Shown here: piece after piece, positions 48,861 through 56,694 of the stretch
How positions within the stretch are numbered: the stretch's first letter is position 1
How the letters are laid out: every line of letters starts with the position of its first letter
Assembly: GCA_018651725.1 (NCBI GenBank)
Contig: JABIDK010000001.1
Location: 748-64,747, forward strand
DNA length: 64,000 nt
Reading direction: 5' to 3'
Source: Candidatus Falkowbacteria bacterium
GTDB lineage: Bacteria > Patescibacteriota > Patescibacteriia > JAACEG01
Made by a program: the position numbers and the translations under genes
The notes under the pieces: model-generated
What the model saw: the letters and a program-made list of their open reading frames with translations, nothing else
Database searches by the model: none
Told to the model about the DNA's origin: nothing

Positions 48861-49094
48861 TTATGCTGATAAATCAGTTGCACGAATATTTTTTACAACA
48901 CTTTTTGTAAATATTACTGCCTTTTCCGGTGAGTCGAATGCTGGGTTTGTGGAAAGTAACGTTGTATGGAAAAAACCATCATGGTATATATTAACTGCAC
49001 CTGCCCATTTACCGGTTTTTTTATCCTGACCATACGGTTCGCAACGAATATCGTTGTCTTTATTCTGGATAACTAATGCTGTATATCTTGTCAT
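48861..49094 (-). CDS. Hypothetical small protein
   Basis: SD AAGGAGG; terminator at about 48815-48838. Confidence 0.65.
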   Translation of the reverse strand: MTRYTALVIQNKDNDIRCEPYGQDKKTGKWAGAVNIYHDGFFHTTLLSTNPAFDSPEKAVIFTKSVVKNIRATDLSA

Positions 49095-49274
49095 GACACC
49101 CTCCTTTTGCTGATTTAACTTAGTTTAGCCTCCTAAAAGTATTTTATTTTCTAAAGAACAAGATTTTAGATCGTTTAATTGTTAATGTTTCACGTGAAAC
49201 ATTCTTAGCGTTTTATTCTCATGTTTTTTACTTTTTTGAGGATTGTTTCACGTGAAACAATTTTGTGTTTTGTG

Positions 49275-50195
49275 TTATATTTTGATGTTTTTGGCTAACT
49301 GAATGTATTTTTGAGCTGTTTGAGGTAGTTTGTGACCGAGTATTTGCTGGATTTCGCTTACTTTAGTGCCTTTTTTTGCTAAATTAACTGCGAATGTATG
49401 TCGTAGCGAATGACAAGTAGCTTGTTTTTTGATTTTTGTTTTTTTAAAGACTTGTAGAAAGGCTTTTTGAATGGCTCTTTCGGTTAATTTTTGATTTTTT
49501 TGTCCTTTAAATAAATAATTATCTGATAATGTTTCACCCGCCACCAGAACGGTGTCGGGCAGGCGTGAAACATTATCGTCATATGATTGTTCTTGCCCGC
49601 CTGCAACGCTGTAGCAACTGCGGGCAGGTGTTCCAATATATTTTTTTAGCTTTTCAACAATATTTTTTGGTAAACCTAATGTTCTTTTTTGGTGTTTTCC
49701 GTTATTAGTTATTTTAACTTGATTTTTAAAAAAGTCCAGTGTTTTTACCTTAATATTAACTATTTCTGATATTCTAAGGCCTGTTAAGTACATTAATTCA
49801 AAAATTAGCCGATGTTTTGGGTTTTGGGTTGATTTTAGTATTTTGTTTACCTCTTTATCTGTTAAAATAACTGGTTGTTTTTTATCAAGCTTGGCCCGAC
49901 CGATTTTTCCATGCGGAGCAAAAAATTTACGATGTAAAATGCTCTCAAAATAGAACTTTAAAGCACTATGGGTGGTATTTAAGGTAGAACGTGACTTTTT
50001 TTCTTTAACTAGTTTCTCTAAGTAGCTAATTATATCTTTACTTTGAATATTTTTAGGGCTTTTACTCGCAAAACTAACTATTTCTGAGATATAATAAAGG
50101 TAGCTTTTAATGGTTTTACTATCAAAATTCAACTCAACCATTGTTTTCTTTAGCTTATGAAGTGGATTTTTACTGGGGTATTTGTAGGGAATCAT
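49275..50195 (-). CDS. Tyrosine recombinase (XerD/integron-integrase-like, SAM-like N-domain) with in-frame insertions
   Basis: GLRISE, HSLRHTFA, LGH and catalytic Y; start placed at 50195 because the 50240 ATG belongs to a parS palindrome. Confidence 0.88.
   Translation of the reverse strand: MIPYKYPSKNPLHKLKKTMVELNFDSKTIKSYLYYISEIVSFASKSPKNIQSKDIISYLEKLVKEKKSRSTLNTTHSALKFYFESILHRKFFAPHGKIGRAKLDKKQPVILTDKEVNKILKSTQNPKHRLIFELMYLTGLRISEIVNIKVKTLDFFKNQVKITNNGKHQKRTLGLPKNIVEKLKKYIGTPARSCYSVAGGQEQSYDDNVSRLPDTVLVAGETLSDNYLFKGQKNQKLTERAIQKAFLQVFKKTKIKKQATCHSLRHTFAVNLAKKGTKVSEIQQILGHKLPQTAQKYIQLAKNIKI
49537..49563. mobile_element. 27-bp CCCGCC...CGGGCAGG element inserted in a parS site
   Basis: Removing it restores the perfect palindrome GATAATGTTTCACGTGAAACATTATC. 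Confidence 0.8.
49596..49628. mobile_element. 33-bp CCCGCC...CGGGCAGG element, in frame
   Basis: Near-identical to 60860-60891. Confidence 0.8.
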
Positions 50196-50561
50196 GTTAA
50201 TATTTAAACAAGCGAAACGACGATGTTTCACGTGAAACATTTGTTATCACGTACATTTTTTGGTTTAGGTTAAGGCCCGTGTGTTTTCTTATCTTTTTAT
50301 TAATGTTTCACGTGAAACATTAATATGATTGGAAATTTGTTGTTAATTACGTTATAATAATAGCATGAATAAAATAAAAAGTCAAATAGTTCGGATATAA
50401 CGAAGGTTTATTTAATAATCTTGTATTTTTTAAAAAGTTTGATATACTTTAAGTAGGTAGTTTTAACAAGCTGTAAGTTCGCATAACATACAAAATTAAG
50501 CTATTAAAAATCAATAAGTTCGTTAATAACTTCTTATATGAAATAAAATTAAGGTAACTAT

Positions 50562-51110
50562 ATGGGAAATTCTGATGAAATTAACAACATAATAAATCCA
50601 GTCATTAAGGGAGAACGACCAACCTACCATCTAATTACAGAAGAAAAACTAAACGATTTAATACAAAATAGTTTTGCAGGTAGTATTTGTTTTGTATTAT
50701 TTTCTATTTTAGTTGGTGCAGCTATCACTGAAAAAGACTGGATTTATTTTCTGATTGGAGTAGTATTTTTTTCATTTTCGCTATATTTTTATTGGCGCAA
50801 AATAAAGTTTATAAGAAAAACCAAGAAATCTGGTGAAGTTCGTTCATTCGAATATGAAGCAACAGAGAATGACGATAGTAAATTGACGGTAGTAAAAGCA
50901 ATTTATGGAACTCCACCCGACAATACTGTAGATATTACTAACATTTTAAACGACAAGATTAGTGAAAATAAACTTTCATTCGTAGCATCCAATAAATTAG
51001 CAGGTGATCCACGTAAGGGGTTTATAAAAACACTTGAAATTGAATATAAAACGGGCAATAAGATTATCAAGAAAAAATATAGCGAAAATGAAAATGTAAA
51101 TTTGCCATAA
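50562..51110 (+). CDS. Two-TM membrane protein with C-terminal lectin-like beta domain
   Basis: AIYG...VDIT...GDPxxG..KTLEIEY motif. Confidence 0.7.
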   Translation: MGNSDEINNIINPVIKGERPTYHLITEEKLNDLIQNSFAGSICFVLFSILVGAAITEKDWIYFLIGVVFFSFSLYFYWRKIKFIRKTKKSGEVRSFEYEATENDDSKLTVVKAIYGTPPDNTVDITNILNDKISENKLSFVASNKLAGDPRKGFIKTLEIEYKTGNKIIKKKYSENENVNLP

Positions 51111-51179
51111 AATTTTTTACATCATATAGCACGGGATATATGGTTCGCGAACTAAATTAAATATTTATTTTATAATTTT

Positions 51180-51761
51180 ATGAATACAAAGTGCATTATA
51201 ATCCACGGCTGTCCATCTAACGCCGAAAAAGCCATGGACCCGGAAACTCGAACTTATGACAAACACTGGCTACCATGGACTAAACAACAATTAGAAGAAC
51301 GTGGCATTAAAACGGAAACTCCTCTCATGCCTTCCCCCTGGGAACCTGTTTACGAAGATTTTAAGTCAGAGTTTGAAAAACTTGAAATTGATGAGAACAC
51401 AGTTTTAATAGGTCATAGTTGTGGTAGTGCTTTTTTAGTTCGTTGGCTTGGTGAGTCGAAAAGAAAAATCTCTAAACTTTTTTTAGTTGCACCCTGGAAA
51501 ACTACCGACAGGCATGGAACCAAAAATGAATGCAAAGAAAAATTTTACACCTATGATATTGATGAAAGTATTAAAGACTGTGTAGAAGAGATTGTTATGT
51601 TTACCGCCAACGATGAAGACCCTAAGGGTAAAAAAAGTTTAAAAATTTTTCACGACGTACTAGGTGGCGAAATAATTGAATTACAAAACCACGGACACTA
51701 CACAATGGGTGACATGGGAACCGAAAAGTTTCCTGAGTTGGTTGATAAAATTGTAAAATAA
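51180..51761 (+). CDS. RBBP9/YdeN-family alpha/beta hydrolase
   Basis: IIIHG; GHSCG nucleophile elbow; DEDP; GH. Confidence 0.9.
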   Translation: MNTKCIIIHGCPSNAEKAMDPETRTYDKHWLPWTKQQLEERGIKTETPLMPSPWEPVYEDFKSEFEKLEIDENTVLIGHSCGSAFLVRWLGESKRKISKLFLVAPWKTTDRHGTKNECKEKFYTYDIDESIKDCVEEIVMFTANDEDPKGKKSLKIFHDVLGGEIIELQNHGHYTMGDMGTEKFPELVDKIVK

Positions 51762-51900
51762 ATATTTAATTCTTAACGCTTGTTCCCCCAAATTTTTGAA
51801 ATAATAATTAATTATAATAAAGTATTTCAAAAACTTCGTTTATTCGGATATGTTACGTGAAATAGCCCAAAGAAATCCGTAGTAATGCTAGATTTTGTGC

Positions 51901-51932
51901 AAAGAAAAAAGGGAATACACGAATGCATTCCC
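51901..51932 (-). terminator. Intrinsic terminator of the minus-strand ncRNA
   Basis: GGGAAUGCA-UUCG-UGUAUUCCC followed by UUUUUUCUUU. Confidence 0.85.
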
Positions 51933-52160
51933 TAAAAGTTTGATGTCCTTTGAAACGTCGCAATTTAAGCGATATTCGCTTTCGGGATGCAAGGTCGGTA
52001 TTTCAAGGACGACTCCATCTTAGCTGGCGCCAAAACTTCACAGTCTCCCGACTATCCTACACACTACACTCCTATCTCCGAACTGGCTATGTGTGGGAAT
52101 CGAACCCACCACACAAGAAATTTTTTTCCGTGCTGTAGCCAAGCAACCGTTTACAAACTT
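51905..52160 (-). ncRNA. Putative ncRNA: tRNA-like domain plus isolated 23S rRNA L1-stalk (H76-H78) domain
   Basis: GUGUAGGAUAGUCGGGAGACUGUGAAG...GCCA...GGAGUCGUCCUUGAAAUACCGACCU matches the L1-stalk consensus; GUGGGUUCGAUUCCCAC T-arm; own promoter and terminator. Confidence 0.75.
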
Positions 52161-52166
52161 TTCTTA

Positions 52167-52194
52167 AATTTAGCAGATATAAAAAATAAGTCAA
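52167..52194 (-). promoter_or_regulatory. Sigma70-type promoter of the ncRNA
   Basis: TTGACT-16 bp-TAAATT with TG extended -10. Confidence 0.65.
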
Positions 52195-52312
52195 GTACCC
52201 ACGTAAAATAACAAAAAAATTTCTTTCTGGTAGTTTCTTTAAAGTTTGTAAATAAAAAGCCCTGTGAGATTTTCTTCACAGAGCTAGGTAATGCTTTTAA
52301 AACGAGATAGGC

Positions 52313-52498
52313 TTATATGTCTTCAAGTGGACACCATTCCGGTAATTTTCGCCAATCAGTTACTAGCTTACGATTAAGCTTTCTTTCGTCTTCATAGGTC
52401 TGAAAACAAAGTGTGTGATAGGGTTTAACCGGGGTTAAGGTGATACTGCTTGAATGTGGACAATTGCCACAATTTTCTACCACATAAATTTTTGCCAT
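52313..52498 (-). CDS. Small Cys-rich protein
   Basis: SD AGGAGG; CGNCP...C...PEWCPL; promoter TTGACT-17 bp-TAAAAT; terminator. Confidence 0.7.
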   Translation of the reverse strand: MAKIYVVENCGNCPHSSSITLTPVKPYHTLCFQTYEDERKLNRKLVTDWRKLPEWCPLEDI

Positions 52499-52595
52499 TA
52501 TTTCCTCCTATTTTAATATTTACACATCTTAATAATTATTTTATATATTTGAACATATAAAGTCAATACATAATTTTGAAAGAAATATTAAACTT

Positions 52596-52641
52596 TAAAA
52601 TGTTGACAAAATTCGCGACCGCGAATTATATCAACATTTTA
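52596..52641. repeat. Palindromic site GTTG-N9-GCGACCGC-N9-CAAC (third copy)
   Basis: Same core and spacing as the sites at 18983 and 19615. Confidence 0.75.
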
Positions 52642-52694
52642 GGGGTTGTGATAAGTGGAGTGGTATCGTTTTTTTTAAAAGTATAATTAAAATT

Positions 52695-53171
52695 ATGAGA
52701 AAAAAACGTATTATAGTTTGTGGAATTGTTTATAGTAACAACAAGGTATTACTGGGACGAAAAGCAAAAGGAGTCCCACCATATCCTGATGTTTGGCATA
52801 CTTTGGGTGGTGGCGTAAAAGATACTGATAAGGCGGAGCAGTTGCTATTGAATAATACGTATAATGCTTCATATTTTTTAGAAGAGTTAAGACGTGAATT
52901 AGCAGAAGAAGCTGGAATAAAAATAAATAACTCAACAAATATTTGCCCGAAGTATCGCGATAATCCGCGAGAAGCTATTGCAGCGAATAAAGATGGCGAT
53001 GAAACTAAATATATCTTTTTGGAATACTTATGCGAGTTGGATTTAAGTTCTAGTGATGGTCGTCCAGGAGATGATATTGCAGAACTCCAGTGGGTTGAAA
53101 AAAAAGATCTTAGAAACATAAAACTTACACCACCAAGCCAAGAAATGTATCAAGAATTAGGATGGATGTAA
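52695..53171 (+). CDS. NUDIX hydrolase
   Basis: WHTLGGGV...LRRELAEEAGI (Nudix box with an insertion). Confidence 0.88.
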   Translation: MRKKRIIVCGIVYSNNKVLLGRKAKGVPPYPDVWHTLGGGVKDTDKAEQLLLNNTYNASYFLEELRRELAEEAGIKINNSTNICPKYRDNPREAIAANKDGDETKYIFLEYLCELDLSSSDGRPGDDIAELQWVEKKDLRNIKLTPPSQEMYQELGWM

Positions 53172-53254
53172 AAAATTTGATGCATTTGCTTGACTTTTTG
53201 AGTGAATATGTTATAATTATATTATAAATTAGTTAAAAATAACTAAAAATAGAA

Positions 53255-53869
53255 ATGAAGTATATTGATTTTTACCAACATTTTAAAGATTATCCAATTA
53301 TACAATTGGCTGATGTAAAGAATATTGAGAGTGATTTTGACCATAGACGTCTTTATGAATGGCAAAAAAAGGGATATTTGAAAAGAGTGACTAATAATTT
53401 TTATATTTTTGCTGATAAAAAGTTGTCTGATTTTGAAATGAATTTTGTAGCTAATAAATTGTATCAACCATCTTATTTAAGTCTTGAGTATGCTTTAGGG
53501 TTTTATAGTTTAATTCCAGAAATTGTTTTTTTGCATACCTGTATTACCACTAAGAAGACGAAGCAAATAACTTCTAGCATTGGTAATTTTTCTTATCGTA
53601 GCATAAAAAAAGAATTGTTTTTTGGTTATAAGTTAGTCCAAAAGGATAATATGTTTTTAAAAATTGCTGATCCGGAAAAAGCTTTGTTAGATTTTTTATA
53701 TTTGAGGAGTGATATAAAAAATAAAAATGATGTTTATGAGCTACGAATTAATAAGGATGTTTTTAAGGAGATAATTAATCATGAGAAGATAAATAATTAT
53801 TTAAAAAAGTTTAATTCTAAGCAATTAATTAAAAAAATAAAAATAGTAAATAATTATGTTAAGTCTTAA
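53255..53869 (+). CDS. Type IV TA antitoxin, AbiEi family
   Basis: PSYLSLEYAL..Y.LIPE; IADPEKALLDFLY. Confidence 0.88.
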   Translation: MKYIDFYQHFKDYPIIQLADVKNIESDFDHRRLYEWQKKGYLKRVTNNFYIFADKKLSDFEMNFVANKLYQPSYLSLEYALGFYSLIPEIVFLHTCITTKKTKQITSSIGNFSYRSIKKELFFGYKLVQKDNMFLKIADPEKALLDFLYLRSDIKNKNDVYELRINKDVFKEIINHEKINNYLKKFNSKQLIKKIKIVNNYVKS

Positions 53870-54626
53870 TGAAATAAAAAAATATTATCCTGATTTGCAG
53901 GGGTTTGAAAGGGGAATTTTGCGAGAACATCTCCAGTATAAAATTTTGGATATCATTTATAGCAGTAAATTTGGTAGAAAGTTGTCATTTTTAGGTGGAA
54001 CAGCTATGAGAATTTGTTATGACGGAAATAGGTTTTCAGAAGATTTGGATTTTGATAATTTTGGGTTAAGTAAAAAGGAATTTGAAGAAATGTCTGAATT
54101 AATTCGAAAGGAGTTAAGTCGTGAGGGTTATAACGTAGAGTATCGAAACGTTTACAAGGGCGCTTATCATACATATCTTAAATTTTCTGATATTTTGTTT
54201 GAAAATAAACTAACAGCAATGAAGAGTGAGAAAATTATGATTCAGATAGATACTGTGCAAGAGAGTGTTGACTATACGCCGAATATTTTAGTGTTGGCAA
54301 AGTTTGATGTTTTTCGAAACATTAAAGTGACTCCGGTTGATATAATTTTATCTAAAAAAATTGGGGCTGTGTTCGGTAGAAAAAGAGTTAAGGGAAGAGA
54401 CTTTTATGATATTGTTTTTTTAAAAGGGTTTACGGATTTTAATTATGACTACTTAAAAGAAAAGTTTGATATTAAAAACAAACAGGATTTAAAAAAGAGG
54501 TTGCTGGAAAAAATTGCTGATCTTGATTTAAAAAAGTTAGCGCGAGATGTGGAGCCGTTTTTGATTAATCAAGACGAAAAAGCAAGAGTTACAGATTTTA
54601 GGGAGTATATTGAACAAAAACTGTGA
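53856..54626 (+). CDS. Type IV TA toxin, AbiEii nucleotidyltransferase
   Basis: FLGGTAMR; RFSEDLDF; KGRDFYD; overlaps the antitoxin gene. Confidence 0.92.
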   Translation: MLSLNEIKKYYPDLQGFERGILREHLQYKILDIIYSSKFGRKLSFLGGTAMRICYDGNRFSEDLDFDNFGLSKKEFEEMSELIRKELSREGYNVEYRNVYKGAYHTYLKFSDILFENKLTAMKSEKIMIQIDTVQESVDYTPNILVLAKFDVFRNIKVTPVDIILSKKIGAVFGRKRVKGRDFYDIVFLKGFTDFNYDYLKEKFDIKNKQDLKKRLLEKIADLDLKKLARDVEPFLINQDEKARVTDFREYIEQKL

Positions 54627-54941
54627 TTACTTTAATAGGCTTGCCTTATAATTTTTTGATAATGTCTTTTTCAGAGATAAAAAAGCAAGCAAAAGCTAAT
54701 AATATTTACTATCACAAATCAACTAATCGTTATCGCGCTAATGTTTATTTGCGCGATGAAAAAGTTTCTTTGGGGGATTTGAAAAATAACGTAACAAAGT
54801 TTTTGAATAAGTGGGAGTTGTTGGGTGCGGAGAAAAAAGTGAGTAGCAGGAAGAAAATGGTGGCGTAATTAGGGAAAAGTTTTATAAAAGAAAAAAAGAA
54901 GGTGGTTAGACCTTCTTTTTGGGTTTAAGGTTGTCTGAAGT

Positions 54942-55175
54942 TTATTTCAGATCTTTTTTGCAAATTTCGGCGAATTCACGAAAGGCTTTTTCTGTTTCTT
55001 CGTCGACTTTGACGCATCTTACTCCCAGGAAGTGGTTTGTGTCAGTTTTTTCCATTGCTTCCTGAATTTGTTTTGTTAATTCCTGGAGTCTTGGAGTTTC
55101 ATTTTCAAACTCCTTAAAGTTGGGGTGTTGAAGATGTGGTGTCAACAGATCATTTGCCTCTCCTAAAAACATCAT
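54942..55175 (-). CDS. Hypothetical small protein
   Basis: SD AAGGAGG; promoter TTGACA-16 bp-TAATAT; terminator. Confidence 0.65.
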   Translation of the reverse strand: MMFLGEANDLLTPHLQHPNFKEFENETPRLQELTKQIQEAMEKTDTNHFLGVRCVKVDEETEKAFREFAEICKKDLK

Positions 55176-55347
55176 TGGTTATTCCTCCTTTAAGATAGAA
55201 TTGTACGATACTTGTTTCTTTGTTGATTAAAAATATATTAACATAGCAACGTTGTTTGTCAATAAAATGTTAAATTTTATTTTTAATATAAAAAACAGCG
55301 GAAATATTTCTGCTGTTTTTTTATGATCAATATTTTTATATAATATT

Positions 55348-55905
55348 TTACACTCTTTCTACGTATTCTCCGGTTTCGGTGTTTATTCTGATTGTGTCGT
55401 CGGTGTTTACGAATAAGGGGGCGCTGATGAAGGCGCCTGTTTCTAGTTCGATTTGCTTGGTGGCACCGGAGGCTGTGTCGCCTTTTATGCCGGGAGGGGC
55501 TGAGGTTACTTTTAGTTCTATTTTAATCGGAAGTTTGATTGAAACCGGTTTGTTTTCAAAATTTAAAACATTGACTTCAGTTCCTTCTTTTAGAAAGTTT
55601 ATTTGAGAGCCGATTATTTTTTTTGATAAAGAAAACTGCTCAAAAGAAGTTTGGTCCATAAAGTGGTAGTCGTCTCCTTCGTTGTAAAGATAGTCGGCTT
55701 TGGTTCTTTCGATGTTGGCTTCTTCGGCTTTATCTGATCCCTTAAAGGTGTGCTCTAAAACGCTGCCGCTAAGTAAATTTTTTAACTTGGTTTTAAGCAC
55801 GGCTCCACCACGACCCATTTTTAAGTGTTGAGAAGTAACTACCGTATATGGTTCGTTGTTTATTTTTACAATTGAACCGAGTTTTATTTCGTTGAAGTTG
55901 AGCAT
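55348..55905 (-). CDS. efp: Elongation factor P
   Basis: KMGRGGA loop (Arg type); PPGIKGDTA; TGEYVER. Confidence 0.97.
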   Translation of the reverse strand: MLNFNEIKLGSIVKINNEPYTVVTSQHLKMGRGGAVLKTKLKNLLSGSVLEHTFKGSDKAEEANIERTKADYLYNEGDDYHFMDQTSFEQFSLSKKIIGSQINFLKEGTEVNVLNFENKPVSIKLPIKIELKVTSAPPGIKGDTASGATKQIELETGAFISAPLFVNTDDTIRINTETGEYVERV

Positions 55906-55910
55906 AGAAA

Positions 55911-56135
55911 TTATCTGCTAACAAACGGAACTAGCGCCATAATTCTGGATCTTTTTATTGCAGAACCTAGTTGGCGTTGGTGTTTTGAGCAGACATGACT
56001 TTTTCTTTTTGGTCTGATTTTTGCGTAAGAAGACATAAATCTTCGAAGAGTTACGGCGTCTTTGTAGTCTATTTCTTCCACATTGTTAACACAAAAGTGA
56101 CAATATGGTTTAAAGGGGGTATTTTTTTTAGGCAT
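55911..56135 (-). CDS. rpsR: 30S ribosomal protein S18 (zinc-binding type)
   Basis: CHFC; IDYKD; CSKHQR; AIKRSR. Confidence 0.97.
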   Translation of the reverse strand: MPKKNTPFKPYCHFCVNNVEEIDYKDAVTLRRFMSSYAKIRPKRKSHVCSKHQRQLGSAIKRSRIMALVPFVSR

Positions 56136-56156
56136 AATAATATTTGTTTAATTTGT

Positions 56157-56663
56157 TTAAAAAGGTATTTCCTCCACGTTAATTTCGTCGTCAGATGATT
56201 TTTTTTCTGTTGAAGGGCTTGGCTCTTGTGAGTTGATATCTTCATCTACGTTTATAACCGGTTCGGCTGCGGGGGTTACTGGAGCGGCTGTTGCTTGCGG
56301 AGCGTTTTGTCCGAAAGTTTGTCCGCTTCTTGGGGTTCCGCCGTCTAGCATAATCATATTATCGGCGATGATTTCGGTGCGATATCTTTTTACTCCGTCT
56401 TGTCCGACCCAGTCTCTGGTTTGAATTCTTCCTTCCAGATAAATTCTTTTTCCTTTGGTTAGATATTGTCCGCAGATTTCAGCCAGCTTTCTCCAGGTTA
56501 CAACATTGTGGAACTCTGTTTTTTCTTGTTTTTGTCCACTTTGATCTGTCCAGCTAAAGCCGGTTGCTATACTAAAAGAGGTAACGGTTTGGCCGTTTGG
56601 AGTGGTTTTCATCTCCGGGTCACGAGTTAATCGACCGATTACCATTGCTTTGTTTAAATCCAT
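56157..56663 (-). CDS. ssb: Single-stranded DNA-binding protein
   Basis: NKAMVIGRLTRDPE; C-terminal EEIPF. Confidence 0.98.
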   Translation of the reverse strand: MDLNKAMVIGRLTRDPEMKTTPNGQTVTSFSIATGFSWTDQSGQKQEKTEFHNVVTWRKLAEICGQYLTKGKRIYLEGRIQTRDWVGQDGVKRYRTEIIADNMIMLDGGTPRSGQTFGQNAPQATAAPVTPAAEPVINVDEDINSQEPSPSTEKKSSDDEINVEEIPF

Positions 56664-56694
56664 AGAGTTAGAAATTAAAAATTATTATATTTAA

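Larger units (their letters stand above)
46495..50319. repeat. parS: parS cluster (TGTTTCACGTGAAACA x10 plus one interrupted copy)
   Basis: Perfect copies start at 46495, 46535, 47020, 47128, 48336, 48778, 49186, 49244, 50224 and 50304; split copy at 49530-49572. Confidence 0.93.

Noticed and set aside
50196-50240. N-terminal MFHVKH extension of the recombinase
   Set aside because: The ATG is part of the parS palindrome; 50195 is the more plausible start.
46495-50319. Repeated 16-bp palindromes as a CRISPR array
   Set aside because: Spacing is irregular (tens to over a thousand bp), copies fall inside genes, and the sequence is the parS consensus.
51981-52082. Genuine 23S rRNA gene or rRNA operon
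   Set aside because: Similarity is limited to about 100 nt of H76-H78; the flanks are not rRNA.
52084-52141. Functional tRNA gene
   Set aside because: Only 58 nt, with no D-arm or 7-nt anticodon loop.
51950-52211. Plus-strand ORFs 51950..52138 and 51987..52211
   Set aside because: No recognisable motifs; they are antisense to the structured RNA, and the promoter and terminator point to the minus strand.
54623-54868. 81-aa ORF after abiEii and the ATCGCGC/GCGCGAT palindrome inside it
   Set aside because: No recognisable motif or clear start; the palindrome does not match the 13-8-13 site family.
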